From the NCBI GenBank assembly GCA_964396535.1, contig CAYNFT010000001.1, positions 1 to 59,750 of the forward strand: a stretch of DNA of 59,750 nt, read 5' to 3'. The stretch comes from an uncultured Dehalococcoidales bacterium (GTDB lineage: Bacteria > Chloroflexota > Dehalococcoidia > Dehalococcoidales > UBA2162). This document shows positions 40,955-49,150 of the stretch, one piece after another. Each line of letters opens with the position of its first letter. Position 1 is the first letter of the stretch. The notes under the pieces were generated by a model, which saw only the letters and a list, made by a program, of their open reading frames with translations, searched no databases and was not told where the DNA came from. The position numbers were made by a program, and so were the translations under genes.

Positions 40955-41746
40955 CCGAATGATAGGGTTGACTCGAGAAATTTGAAGCTGCCGGAGGTGA
41001 TTCCGTATACTGAGATGCCCAGGTCTTTCAAGGCACCGGCCCCTGGGACTACAAGCCCAGAACAAATGGCTCTGGTAGCTGCATTAAAGGAAAAGGGTTG
41101 CGATGCAGTAATAAGCGGGAATGGTGACTGAGGAGAGTGCACCCCGCAGGCGACGGGGACGGTTATAATAGCTGAGCAGCTCGGGATTCCCGGTGTAGTA
41201 GTTACTGCGCCGGGTTTTGCGGAACAGGCCCGGCTTACAGGTTACAATAATGCAGTGCCATCCTTGCAAGTTGCCGTGTATCCCGGTGCATTTGATACCC
41301 ATGCGGACGCTGAATTAGCCGAGAATACCACAACAGCCGTTTTTTCTCAGATTGTTGAGTCACTGACTAAACCAATAGAGGTTGCGGAAAAACGTGCTAA
41401 GGTCACGGGGGCTAGAGCTATTGTATTCACAGGTACTTTCGATGAAGTGAACAGGTACTTCTCGGACATGAAGTGGAGTGACGGGCTGCCTATCATTCCG
41501 CCTACTGTAGAAAGGGTTGTGGAATTTCTGAAATATACAGAATACTCCCCCGGTGAGGAAATAGCCGTACTCCCAGTAGCAAATCTGAGAGCAACCCCCT
41601 GGAATATTGCTGTCAATGGGGTGATGGCCGGGTGCCGCCCAGAGTTCATGCCACTACTGATCGCATACGTAAAAGCTATAGGTGATACAGTGAAGGGTCC
41701 AGGGATGTTTTTTGGCAGCACCCCCTTTAAGTTTTTGATTTATTAA
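40955..41746 (+). pseudogene. C-terminal part of the UGSC-family (seleno)protein (in-frame TGA) continuing into a DGLPIIPPT-motif domain, 3'-truncated by a repeat copy
   Basis: Single frame: ...ALVAALKEKGCDAVISGNGD-TGA-GECTPQATGTVIIAEQLGIPGVVVTAPGF...VYPGAFDTH... TGA = 41129-41131. The last residues (STPFKFLIY*) are encoded by the repeat tail. Confidence 0.55.
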
Positions 41747-41824
41747 CCCTATCCCCTTTATCCCCTTATTAAGGGGAAGGGGAAGTATTGAATAAGAGGG
41801 ACGAAGTCCCTCTTCAACTCCCCT
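41720..41824. repeat. two-hairpin repeat copy (F, with tail)
   Basis: ccccctttaagtttttgatttattaaccctatcccc, then tccccttattaaggggaagggg, then agagggac/gaa/gtccctct. Confidence 0.8.
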
Positions 41825-41826
41825 CT

Positions 41827-42264
41827 TCACTTTCGCATGTAGACATAGTCCCTGCGAAATCCATTTGCTATTCTGAAGATTAGAAAGTAACCGAGTTGGT
41901 GAGGACGATTAGACACCTGGTCTAAAATCAGATGTACCAAAAAGCTAATAGTGAGCCAGATAGCAAGCGGGATAGTAAAGAAAAAGACACAAATCAACCA
42001 TATAGGGATTAGAAGCTCATAGGAGTGAAGGAATATAAATGTCTTTCTAATTTCCTTCCTCGTGTTCGAACTAGACTGTCCCGCTTTTATTTGCTGACGT
42101 TGGCGCCTTTCCTTATAGAGATAGTAAGCATAGTCAAATATATGGTCGACATCCATCAAAAAGCCAATACTCAGGGTAGAAATTGCTATCGGAGGAGAAC
42201 CAGTGACAGCATAGTTTATCCCTGCTATGCCAGCTGATATCACGAGGTGATTTGAAGGTCTCAA
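41827..42264 (-). CDS. membrane-bound metal-dependent hydrolase (YdjM/DUF457-like)
   Basis: TTG 42264 chosen so the CDS does not run through the tRNA. NHLVISAG, MDVDHIFD, FLHSYE and HLILDQ resemble DUF457 His/Asp motifs. AT-rich. Confidence 0.5.
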   Translation of the reverse strand: MRPSNHLVISAGIAGINYAVTGSPPIAISTLSIGFLMDVDHIFDYAYYLYKERRQRQQIKAGQSSSNTRKEIRKTFIFLHSYELLIPIWLICVFFFTIPLAIWLTISFLVHLILDQVSNRPHQLGYFLIFRIANGFRRDYVYMRK

Positions 42265-42299
42265 ATTACTAACCTGCCTTAGGCATTCCACAAATTCAC

Positions 42300-42374
42300 T
42301 GGAGGCGACGACCGGATTCGAACCGGTGATAGAGGTTTTGCAGACCCCCGCCTTAACCACTTGGCTACGTCGCC
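42300..42374 (-). tRNA. tRNA-Cys (GCA)
   Basis: GGCGACG-TA-GCCAAGTGGTTAAGGC-G-GGGGT-CTGCAAA-ACCTC-TATC-ACCGG-TTCGAAT-CCGGT-CGTCGCC-T-CCA. All stems pair. U73 discriminator, encoded CCA. Confidence 0.93.
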
Positions 42375-42448
42375 TCTTGAGAAGCTATCAAGATTATTAA
42401 TTCTTTTTGATATTTATTATAATGTGGCAATTACGCTGATGCAAGTTA

Positions 42449-42520
42449 GGGGGAGGGGGGTGTAAATCCCTCTTACAAGAATCTTTTCTCTTTCCCCCTG
42501 TTAAAAGGGGTTAATTGTTC
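42449..42520. repeat. degenerate repeat copy (R)
   Basis: agggggaggggggtgtaaatccctct ... ctctttccccctgttaaaagggg. Confidence 0.4.
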
Positions 42521-42524
42521 TACA

Positions 42525-43145
42525 TTGCCAGCAGAGCTGGTATGCAATAATATTATGAGTGATATGATTAAGCATAGTAGACAGGCTGAAGCGAATAAAG
42601 AGGGAAGATGGAGAGGGAAACTTATCCCCATATTAACCCTGCTCCTGGTCATAGCAATCACCGTCGTCCTTTTCTTATACCGGGACAAAGTAGCTGATTT
42701 AGGTAGCTATGGTTATTTGGGAGCCTTCCTTATTAGTCTGACTTGCAGCGCAACTATTGTTCTGCCTATGCCTGGTATGCTGCTAATCTTCGCTTTGGGA
42801 GCCGCTTTCAACCCGGTTCTTGTGGGGTTAGTTGCTGCTTTTGGAGGTACTATAGGGGAGATTACAGGCTACGTGCTCGGCTACAGCGGGCGCAGGATTC
42901 TTCCCAGCGATAATATATATACTAAGGCGGAGAAGTGGCTTAGAGAATGGGGAACTATGGCTGTTTTCATTTTTGCCCTAATTCCTCCCCTTCCCATTGA
43001 TATAGTTGGTATAGCTGCTGGTACCCTGCGCTTTCCTTTATGGAAGTTCTTACTGGCCTGCTTATTTGGCAAGGCACTACTATATACAGGCATGGCATTT
43101 GCTGGTGCTTGGGGTTGGGAAGTCGTGCTGCGGTATTTTGGGTAG
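42525..43145 (+). CDS. DedA/TVP38 (VTT-domain) family membrane protein
   Basis: YGYLGAFLISLTCSATIVLPMPG...GEITGYVLGYSGRR core. The start is uncertain (TTG 42525 or ATG 42555). Confidence 0.7.
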   Translation: MPAELVCNNIMSDMIKHSRQAEANKEGRWRGKLIPILTLLLVIAITVVLFLYRDKVADLGSYGYLGAFLISLTCSATIVLPMPGMLLIFALGAAFNPVLVGLVAAFGGTIGEITGYVLGYSGRRILPSDNIYTKAEKWLREWGTMAVFIFALIPPLPIDIVGIAAGTLRFPLWKFLLACLFGKALLYTGMAFAGAWGWEVVLRYFG

Positions 43146-43218
43146 CTAAAATGTGCCTATCTTTTTTACTCTGCCAACGTTATAATATAGTGAAGCCAGG
43201 AAGATAAACGGGAGACTG

Positions 43219-44343
43219 TTGATGAAAAAGATTAAGGTGATAACAGGGATTTTGCTGGTGGTCGCTCTGCTGGGAACTGTTTCCTGCGGCGCAGCTAAGG
43301 AAGCTGAGGAAGAGTATGCTGAAGGAGGCAAAGCTACAGCACCGGAGATAGATTGGGAGATAGGAGAAGAAGAAGTGGTGGTAGGAGAGTCTTCGACCAG
43401 GGATACTCTTGGGCTGGATTCAGACGAGCAGTGGGCTACCGAGCGGATGATAGTCCGCACTGGGAGCATGGTGGTGGTAGTAGAGAATGTTCCTGTTGCT
43501 ATAGACCAGATTACCTGGATGGCGGGAAGCTTTGATGGATACGTTGTCTCTTCAAGGGTATGGAAGGAAGGAGAGAGACTGGTTGGCACTATTGCCATTC
43601 GTGTGCTTGCTGAGCATTTTGATGATGCCATGAGGGCGCTGCGTGACCTGGCAGTTGATGTAACCTCTGAGAGTGCCTCAAGCAGGGATGTGACTGAGGA
43701 GTATGTTGACCTCAGCGCCAAGCTGGAGAACCTTGAAGCAACCGAAAAACAGTTGCTGGTTATCATGGAGAAGGCGGAAACTGTGGAGGACATACTTGAT
43801 GTTCAGCGTGAGCTCTCAAGAGTAAGAGGTGAAATCGAGCAGACGAAGGCTCGCATGCAATACCTGGAACAAACCTCTGCTACCTCACTCATTGAGGTGC
43901 ATCTGGAGCAGTCCAAGCTTGATATCGAATTCACTGCTGACAAGAGAAGGGGGCTAAAGGAAGGCGAGAAGATACAGTTTACTGTCCGCCAAGTTACGGG
44001 CGGTTTTGCTCCTTATAGCTACGAGTGGGACTTCGGGGACGGAGACATCAGCACAGATGAGGCTCCAACCCACGCCTATAAGGCTGATGGAAGCTACACC
44101 GTCTCCCTCACGGTAACCGATGACCGGGGTAACACGGAAACTGAAACCAGAACTGAATATATCACCGTAATCCCCGGCTGGAGCGCTGGCAGCATCGCCA
44201 GCAGTGCCTGGAATGGCCTGGTCACCTTTGGCCATGTGCTGGGTAATGTATTCATCTGGATTGGTATTCTCAGCCCTATCTGGATAGTTGTTGGTGGCGT
44301 AATCTACTGGTGGCGTTGCCGCCGGAGGAAACAAGCTCAGTAG
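43219..44343 (+). CDS. DUF4349-like lipoprotein with PKD domain and C-terminal TM anchor
   Basis: LLGTVSCG lipobox. DVTEEYVDLSAKLENLEATEKQLL coiled-coil core typical of DUF4349. WDFGDGDISTDEAPTHAYKADGSYTVSLTVTDDRGN is a PKD motif. Confidence 0.75.
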   Translation: MMKKIKVITGILLVVALLGTVSCGAAKEAEEEYAEGGKATAPEIDWEIGEEEVVVGESSTRDTLGLDSDEQWATERMIVRTGSMVVVVENVPVAIDQITWMAGSFDGYVVSSRVWKEGERLVGTIAIRVLAEHFDDAMRALRDLAVDVTSESASSRDVTEEYVDLSAKLENLEATEKQLLVIMEKAETVEDILDVQRELSRVRGEIEQTKARMQYLEQTSATSLIEVHLEQSKLDIEFTADKRRGLKEGEKIQFTVRQVTGGFAPYSYEWDFGDGDISTDEAPTHAYKADGSYTVSLTVTDDRGNTETETRTEYITVIPGWSAGSIASSAWNGLVTFGHVLGNVFIWIGILSPIWIVVGGVIYWWRCRRRKQAQ

Positions 44344-44483
44344 CTTAACCACAGTAGAATCTGCATATGACAAAGCAATAGGTCAGTGAAAAGGTATCTA
44401 TTGCTCACTGTATCCTTTTCGCTGGCGATTCACAGCCAAGCCCAGAAGAAAGATTGTCAATTCACCTGGTATAAGGGGCCTGA

Positions 44484-44678
44484 CTATTCGTATTCGCTGC
44501 GAGAAAGAACAGCAGCAATACAGGCCAGAAGCAAGACAATACCCAGCGTCAGCCAGAATATCGGGGTAAACGCTGCGGGAAGCTCAGCGAGTAATGCTAC
44601 TGCTTCTGTGGCCGTGATAATACCCATCACTGCGCACAGACTGCCAAGGACACCCAAGACCCAAGCCGCTATCGTCAT
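44484..44678 (-). CDS. small two-helix membrane protein
   Basis: 64 aa. SD aaggaggg 9 nt upstream of ATG 44678. Preferred over the overlapping plus-strand ORF 44386-44718. Confidence 0.55.
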   Translation of the reverse strand: MTIAAWVLGVLGSLCAVMGIITATEAVALLAELPAAFTPIFWLTLGIVLLLACIAAVLSRSEYE

Positions 44679-44768
44679 GATAGACTGCCCTCCTTTGTTA
44701 AGTTTGACTTTATTTTAATCATAAACTGCTATATAATCAATGCGCATTCAAGGGAATTATATAAAGCT

Positions 44769-45248
44769 ATGGGTAGCTTAGAGCAGGATATAGGCGATTT
44801 GCTTCGTCAGAAGGGACTGACTCTGGGGGTAGTTGAGTCGGCTACCGGAGGGCTAATTTCTCACCGCATAACCAACGCCCCAGGTAGCTCAGACTACTAC
44901 AAGGGGTCGGTTACTGCCTACAGCAATGAAGCCAAGATTAAGGTGGTTGGGGTGAAAGAGGAGACCATCAACAAACATGGTGCTGTGAGTCCCCAGGTGG
45001 TTGAGGAGATGGCACAGGGTGGTAAAAAAGTATTAGTTGTAGATGTTTGTTTGGCTGATACCGGTATTGCTGGACCTGGAGGAGCTACCCCGGGGAAGCC
45101 GGTGGGACTATTCTATATAGGATTATCACACCGGGCCAGAACCTATAGCCAGAAACGCATTTTTGGGCGTGAACGGGAGCAAAACAAGCAAGATGCTGCT
45201 GAGGCAGCTTTGGGCATGCTAAAAGAATACCTGGTGCGCTTGAAGTAG
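44769..45248 (+). CDS. CinA-family protein (nicotinamide-nucleotide amidohydrolase domain)
   Basis: 159 aa. ESATGGLISHRITNAPGSSDYYKGSVTAYSNEAK. Confidence 0.88.
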   Translation: MGSLEQDIGDLLRQKGLTLGVVESATGGLISHRITNAPGSSDYYKGSVTAYSNEAKIKVVGVKEETINKHGAVSPQVVEEMAQGGKKVLVVDVCLADTGIAGPGGATPGKPVGLFYIGLSHRARTYSQKRIFGREREQNKQDAAEAALGMLKEYLVRLK

Positions 45249-45384
45249 GTTTTATATATCAGGTGCTGTTTTAAAAGTACTCATTCCGCTAGATAATCAT
45301 TTACTGTCTTGTAACCCAGCCAACAAAGAATTAGTATATCAGTATCAAAGTTTTTGAAATTTGCGTAATAGGAGGGCTGCGCTC

Positions 45385-45828
45385 ATGGATTTTATGGAAG
45401 GATGTCCAACCTGCGAGAATTGGGGTCAAGAGCGTCCAAATAAAATTATAGAAAATGAACTGGCCAGAGCATCATTTTCCGACTCATTTAGAGAAGGGCA
45501 CTGTATAGTTACCGTAAAAAGACACATGATATCCCCATCTTCATTGACGGCAGACGAACATGTTGCAGTTTTTGACCTGATTACCAAAGTATCAAAAGCT
45601 CTGGAGAAGAAGTACAACGCCAGAAAGACGTACCTGTTGGTGATTGGTGATAGCGATAAGTTCCAGCACCTTCATTTCCATTTAATACCAAAACACAGAA
45701 ACCTACCTTCAATGGGAGTTTACTGTTTCCAGAAGATGTTCGAGGTTGAACCCAATAGAACGACTCCTGACTCTGAGAAAAAAGCAATAGCAGCTGAACT
45801 TAAGGGGATGATAGAAAATATTTCGTGA
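45385..45828 (+). CDS. HIT-family hydrolase
   Basis: SD aggaggg 8 nt before ATG 45385. CPTC near the N-terminus and the HLHFHLIP histidine triad. Confidence 0.8.
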   Translation: MDFMEGCPTCENWGQERPNKIIENELARASFSDSFREGHCIVTVKRHMISPSSLTADEHVAVFDLITKVSKALEKKYNARKTYLLVIGDSDKFQHLHFHLIPKHRNLPSMGVYCFQKMFEVEPNRTTPDSEKKAIAAELKGMIENIS

Positions 45829-45885
45829 TAAATTGACTTTGTTATAAGGCATCTTCGTTACCAAGCATTAAAGTAGGGGGAGTTC

Positions 45886-45972
45886 AAGAGGGGGCAAAGC
45901 CCCCTCTTGCAAAAACCTTCCCCCTCTCCTTTGAAGGAGAGGGGGAAACAGGGGGTGAGGTAGATAAGGGAC
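45886..45972. repeat. two-hairpin repeat copy (R, tail gives SD for next gene)
   Basis: agagggggc/aaa/gccccctct, then ccccctctcctt/tg/aaggagaggggg, then aaacagggggtgaggtagataaggga. Confidence 0.85.
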
Positions 45973-46377
45973 TTGCAGGAAAAACAGGTTGTTACCTGCT
46001 TCCTTGAATCTGCCGGCGAGGTACTTCTCCTGCGCCGCAGTGAGCAGGTTGGTAGCTATCAGGGAAGATGGGCAGGCGTTAGTGGCTATATTGAGACAAC
46101 TCCCGATGAGCAGGCCCTGGTGGAGATAGCCGAGGAAACCAGTCTGAGCGGGCAGGACATTAAACTGATAAGAAAGGGCAAACCTTTACCGGTTGAGGAT
46201 GAAAAACTGGGCACCAGGTGGGTGGTTCACCCTTTTCTTTTCCATATCAGAGACCGGAATAAGGTCAAGATTGACTGGGAGCACAAAGAGACACGCTGGA
46301 TAAACCCCAGGGATATAGATAACTACCAGACTGTGCCTATGCTCAAGGAAACACTGGCCCGGGTGTATGAGAGCTAG
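45973..46377 (+). CDS. NUDIX hydrolase
   Basis: 134 aa, TTG start. Nudix box GVSGYIETTPDEQALVEIAEETSL. Confidence 0.8.
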   Translation: MQEKQVVTCFLESAGEVLLLRRSEQVGSYQGRWAGVSGYIETTPDEQALVEIAEETSLSGQDIKLIRKGKPLPVEDEKLGTRWVVHPFLFHIRDRNKVKIDWEHKETRWINPRDIDNYQTVPMLKETLARVYES

Positions 46378-47309
46378 TCCTTTTCAAGCAGGGTCGCTTT
46401 CCATATGGCTAATAACTTTTTTGCTGTAAGCAGCCCGTTTTCGGTAACTACTGCGGTAATTAATTCCAGTGGAGTAATATCAAAGTAGGGGTTTTTAATC
46501 CTGACCTCTGGTGGCAATCTCCCCGGTTCTACTACCTCGGACGGCTCTTTCTCCTCCAGGTCAACCTCATCACTCTTCAGCCTGGAATCAAACTTGAGAG
46601 TCTCACACAATACATAAAAGGGAATCTTTACTCTTTCAGTGGCTAAGGCTAGTTGATAGGTGCCTATTCCATTAACCACCGCGCCGTCAGCACAAACCCT
46701 GTCAGCACCGACCATCACCTTATTTACCGTTGAGATGTAGAGCCCTACAGCCGTATCATCAATAAAGGTAAGTGGTATCCCATGGTCTCCAAGCTCTCGG
46801 ACGGTCCTCTCACCGCTGCGACCCGGTCCCGAACGCGTAGCAATCACTTCAATATCCTTGTGTTGTATAAAAGCTTCCTTTAGCGCTGCCACTACTGTTG
46901 AACTATAGCTGTGGGTCATTATTCTGTCACCATCAGCAATCAGCCGGGAGCTGTATTTGGCAATCTGAGCTATAGCCTCAAGTGAATCAGCGACTAATTC
47001 ATCTGCCTTGGAAATCGTTAGCTGCCTGATTGAATCTAAATCCCTTCTCCTGACTTTTGCAGTTACTGTCTTGAGCAGACGGTTGACGATATTACATACA
47101 GGTGCCATAGCCGGACGGGCTGATATTAACCTCTGCCTAATCTCTTTCTGCTCAAGTAAAAATTCTTTAGTGCTGTGTGCCTGACTGCGCTCGGCAGCAA
47201 TCTTTACCGCTTTTACTGCCTGCCTTGCCAGCTCACTGGCACCATCAGTCTTGTTATTCTTGATTTCATCTATCAGACCGGCGATTTCAGCACTGATGTC
47301 CATCGGCAT
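46374..47309 (-). CDS. eIF-2B alpha/beta/delta-like family protein (ribose-1,5-bisphosphate / methylthioribose-1-P isomerase-like)
   Basis: 311 aa. GASELARQA N-terminal helix bundle, VMVGADRV...NGIGTYQLA Rossmann-like C-domain. Confidence 0.75.
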   Translation of the reverse strand: MPMDISAEIAGLIDEIKNNKTDGASELARQAVKAVKIAAERSQAHSTKEFLLEQKEIRQRLISARPAMAPVCNIVNRLLKTVTAKVRRRDLDSIRQLTISKADELVADSLEAIAQIAKYSSRLIADGDRIMTHSYSSTVVAALKEAFIQHKDIEVIATRSGPGRSGERTVRELGDHGIPLTFIDDTAVGLYISTVNKVMVGADRVCADGAVVNGIGTYQLALATERVKIPFYVLCETLKFDSRLKSDEVDLEEKEPSEVVEPGRLPPEVRIKNPYFDITPLELITAVVTENGLLTAKKLLAIWKATLLEKD

Positions 47310-47320
47310 TATCCCACCCT

Positions 47321-47857
47321 TTAGTCAGCTAGGACGACAAAATCTTCTAATTTTTGATACGCCAAACTGAATTCTTTATCCCAATGCTCCATAGTTAGTT
47401 TTTCCTTCTCCTCCTGTGACATTATACAAAATTTAAAAATCAGAAATTCTAAAAATTCCCTTGTTTCCTTATTGCTAATCTGAGAAACTAAAGGCAATCG
47501 TTTCGTCACCGTTTCAATCATATCTGCTTCTTCAGATTGAAATATAACTTCTTTTAACTTTTCCATTGATGCTTGGTCGGGTAACAACCGGTCTAGAGAA
47601 TTAGGCCCCTGTTTACTTGCAAATTCCCACATTGAGCGCATTACCAGCTTGGTTTGAATTTCTGTCAAGGCTTCTCTTATAGGTGAAACTATTTTCTCCC
47701 TATTTTCCCTTCTAGCATCTCTAATTTCACGTTCCCTTTCTAGCTTTTGTCTTTCGGTCTCTCTTTTGCCTTGTAAAAAATCTCTAAGGAAATAGCCTCC
47801 ATAAATTACTATCCCAGTAGCTAGTATGGTAGCAACTGTGTTCCATATACCTTCCAT
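47321..47857 (-). CDS. hypothetical N-terminally anchored coiled-coil protein
   Basis: 178 aa. One TM (VATILATGIVIYGGYF) then a charged helix (ERQKLEREREIRDARRENREK). AT-rich. 11 nt upstream of the eIF-2B-like gene. Confidence 0.5.
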   Translation of the reverse strand: MEGIWNTVATILATGIVIYGGYFLRDFLQGKRETERQKLEREREIRDARRENREKIVSPIREALTEIQTKLVMRSMWEFASKQGPNSLDRLLPDQASMEKLKEVIFQSEEADMIETVTKRLPLVSQISNKETREFLEFLIFKFCIMSQEEKEKLTMEHWDKEFSLAYQKLEDFVVLAD

Positions 47858-47925
47858 TTTCGACCTCCCCTTTAGCGGCTTAATAAGAGTATACTACTAA
47901 TTCATTTACATAATAAAGAGTGTCT

Positions 47926-47996
47926 AAAAGGGGCGAAACCCCTCTCTTACAATTCACTTCCCTCTCTCCTTTGAAGGAGAGAGGGACAAAGGTGAG
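47926..47996. repeat. two-hairpin repeat copy (R), first of a tandem pair
   Basis: aaggggc/gaaa/cccctct, then ccctctctcctt/tg/aaggagagaggg. Confidence 0.8.
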
Positions 47997-47998
47997 TT

Positions 47999-48105
47999 AA
48001 AGAGAGGCGAAGCCTCTCTTATATAAACTATTTCCCCCTCCCTTTTTAAGGGAGGGGGATACAGGGGGAGGGTTACTATAAAGGTTTAAAGAGTGTAAGG
48101 TAGAT
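47999..48105. repeat. two-hairpin repeat copy (R, with tail), second of the tandem pair
   Basis: agagaggc/gaa/gcctctct, then ccccctccctt/ttt/aagggaggggg, then atacagggggagggttactataaaggtttaaagagtgtaaggtagattg. Confidence 0.8.
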
Positions 48106-48193
48106 TGAATTTAATAAGTCTATCTGGTAATTTTATAGTCACACCCACCCTCGGAAATACTTCTCCTTATAGATAGCGACAGATTTAGCTTTA

Positions 48194-48222
48194 TTGCCAC
48201 TATTGACTATCAGTGGTATACT
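48194..48222 (+). promoter_or_regulatory. sigma70-like promoter TTGCCA-N17-TATACT upstream of rph
   Basis: TTGCCA 48194-48199, TATACT 48217-48222. Confidence 0.4.
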
Positions 48223-48259
48223 CTGGCATATATCTTAAAAGCTGGAGGGGGGAATTTTG

Positions 48260-48991
48260 ATGAAGAGAGCTGATGGTCGTGCCTGGGACGAACTGAGGCC
48301 GGTGCGAATAATACCCGGATACCAGAGCTTTGCCGAAGGCTCGGCACTAATTGAGATGGGAAAGACTCATGTCTTGTGCTCAGTTAGTGTGGAGGAACGA
48401 GTGCCGAACTTCCTTAGAGAGGCAGGCGGCGGCTGGATTACGGCTGAATACTCTATGCTGCCCCGTGCTACTGTCACTCGTACTACCCGCGATTCATCAC
48501 TGGGCAGGGTTACTGGCAGGAATCAGGAAATACAGCGCCTCATCGGGCGCTCGCTGAGGGGGGCAGCCGAACTCAATGCTTTGGGGGGGAGAACCTTCAT
48601 TGTAGATTGTGATGTGCTTCAGGCGGATGGTGGCACCAGAACCGCGGCCATTACCGGTAGCTATGTAGCCCTGTATCTGGCAATGCAGACCCTGGCAAAT
48701 ATGGGAATATTATCGTCCATACCTCTAAAGAGTGCTGTAGCTGCTACCAGTGTCGGCATTGTACACAACAACAGGCTTTTAGACCTGTGCTATGACGAAG
48801 ACTCCAGCGCCGGGGTTGATTTCAATGTCGTGATGACCAGCCAGGGTGAGTTTGTGGAGGTTCAGGGTACGGCTGAAGGGAAGCCCTACAGCAAGGAGAC
48901 TATCGATTTCCTTCTTGCCCTGGCGGAAAAGGGTATCAGGGAACTGTTTCAAGCCCAGCAGGCAGCCCTGGAAGATGTAGGGGTAAGATAG
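48260..48991 (+). CDS. rph: ribonuclease PH
   Basis: [15 protein letters not shown]..., [50 protein letters not shown]. Confidence 0.95.
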   Translation: MKRADGRAWDELRPVRIIPGYQSFAEGSALIEMGKTHVLCSVSVEERVPNFLREAGGGWITAEYSMLPRATVTRTTRDSSLGRVTGRNQEIQRLIGRSLRGAAELNALGGRTFIVDCDVLQADGGTRTAAITGSYVALYLAMQTLANMGILSSIPLKSAVAATSVGIVHNNRLLDLCYDEDSSAGVDFNVVMTSQGEFVEVQGTAEGKPYSKETIDFLLALAEKGIRELFQAQQAALEDVGVR

Positions 48992-49030
48992 AGATTTATT
49001 ATCTACCTCACTCCATTAGGTTCTTATTTG

Positions 49031-49128
49031 GTAACCCCATCCCCTGTATCCCCTTCCCCTTGATAAGGAGAAGGGGATAGGGTTTCATAAATCTTAAGTG
49101 GGTGAGGCTTCGCCCCCTCAAACTTCCC
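49031..49128. repeat. two-hairpin repeat copy (F, rearranged)
   Basis: gtaaccccatcccctgtatccccttcccctt/gat/aaggagaaggggatagggtt ... gtgggtgaggcttcgccccctc. Confidence 0.75.
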
Positions 49129-49150
49129 TTGATAAACCAGAAACGAATCT

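Noticed and set aside
41827-42360. Full 177-aa ORF as given in the track
   Set aside because: Its first 32 codons run through tRNA-Cys (42300-42374). The CDS was trimmed to TTG 42264, where DUF457-like similarity begins.
44386-44718. 110-aa plus-strand ORF
   Set aside because: It overlaps a minus-strand 64-aa ORF that has a strong SD and a clean two-TM profile. The plus-strand translation is low-complexity with no start context.
46374-46377. Convergent Nudix and eIF-2B-like genes overlapping in the palindromic CTAG stop/stop
   Set aside because: A 4-nt convergent stop overlap is common and needs no special explanation.
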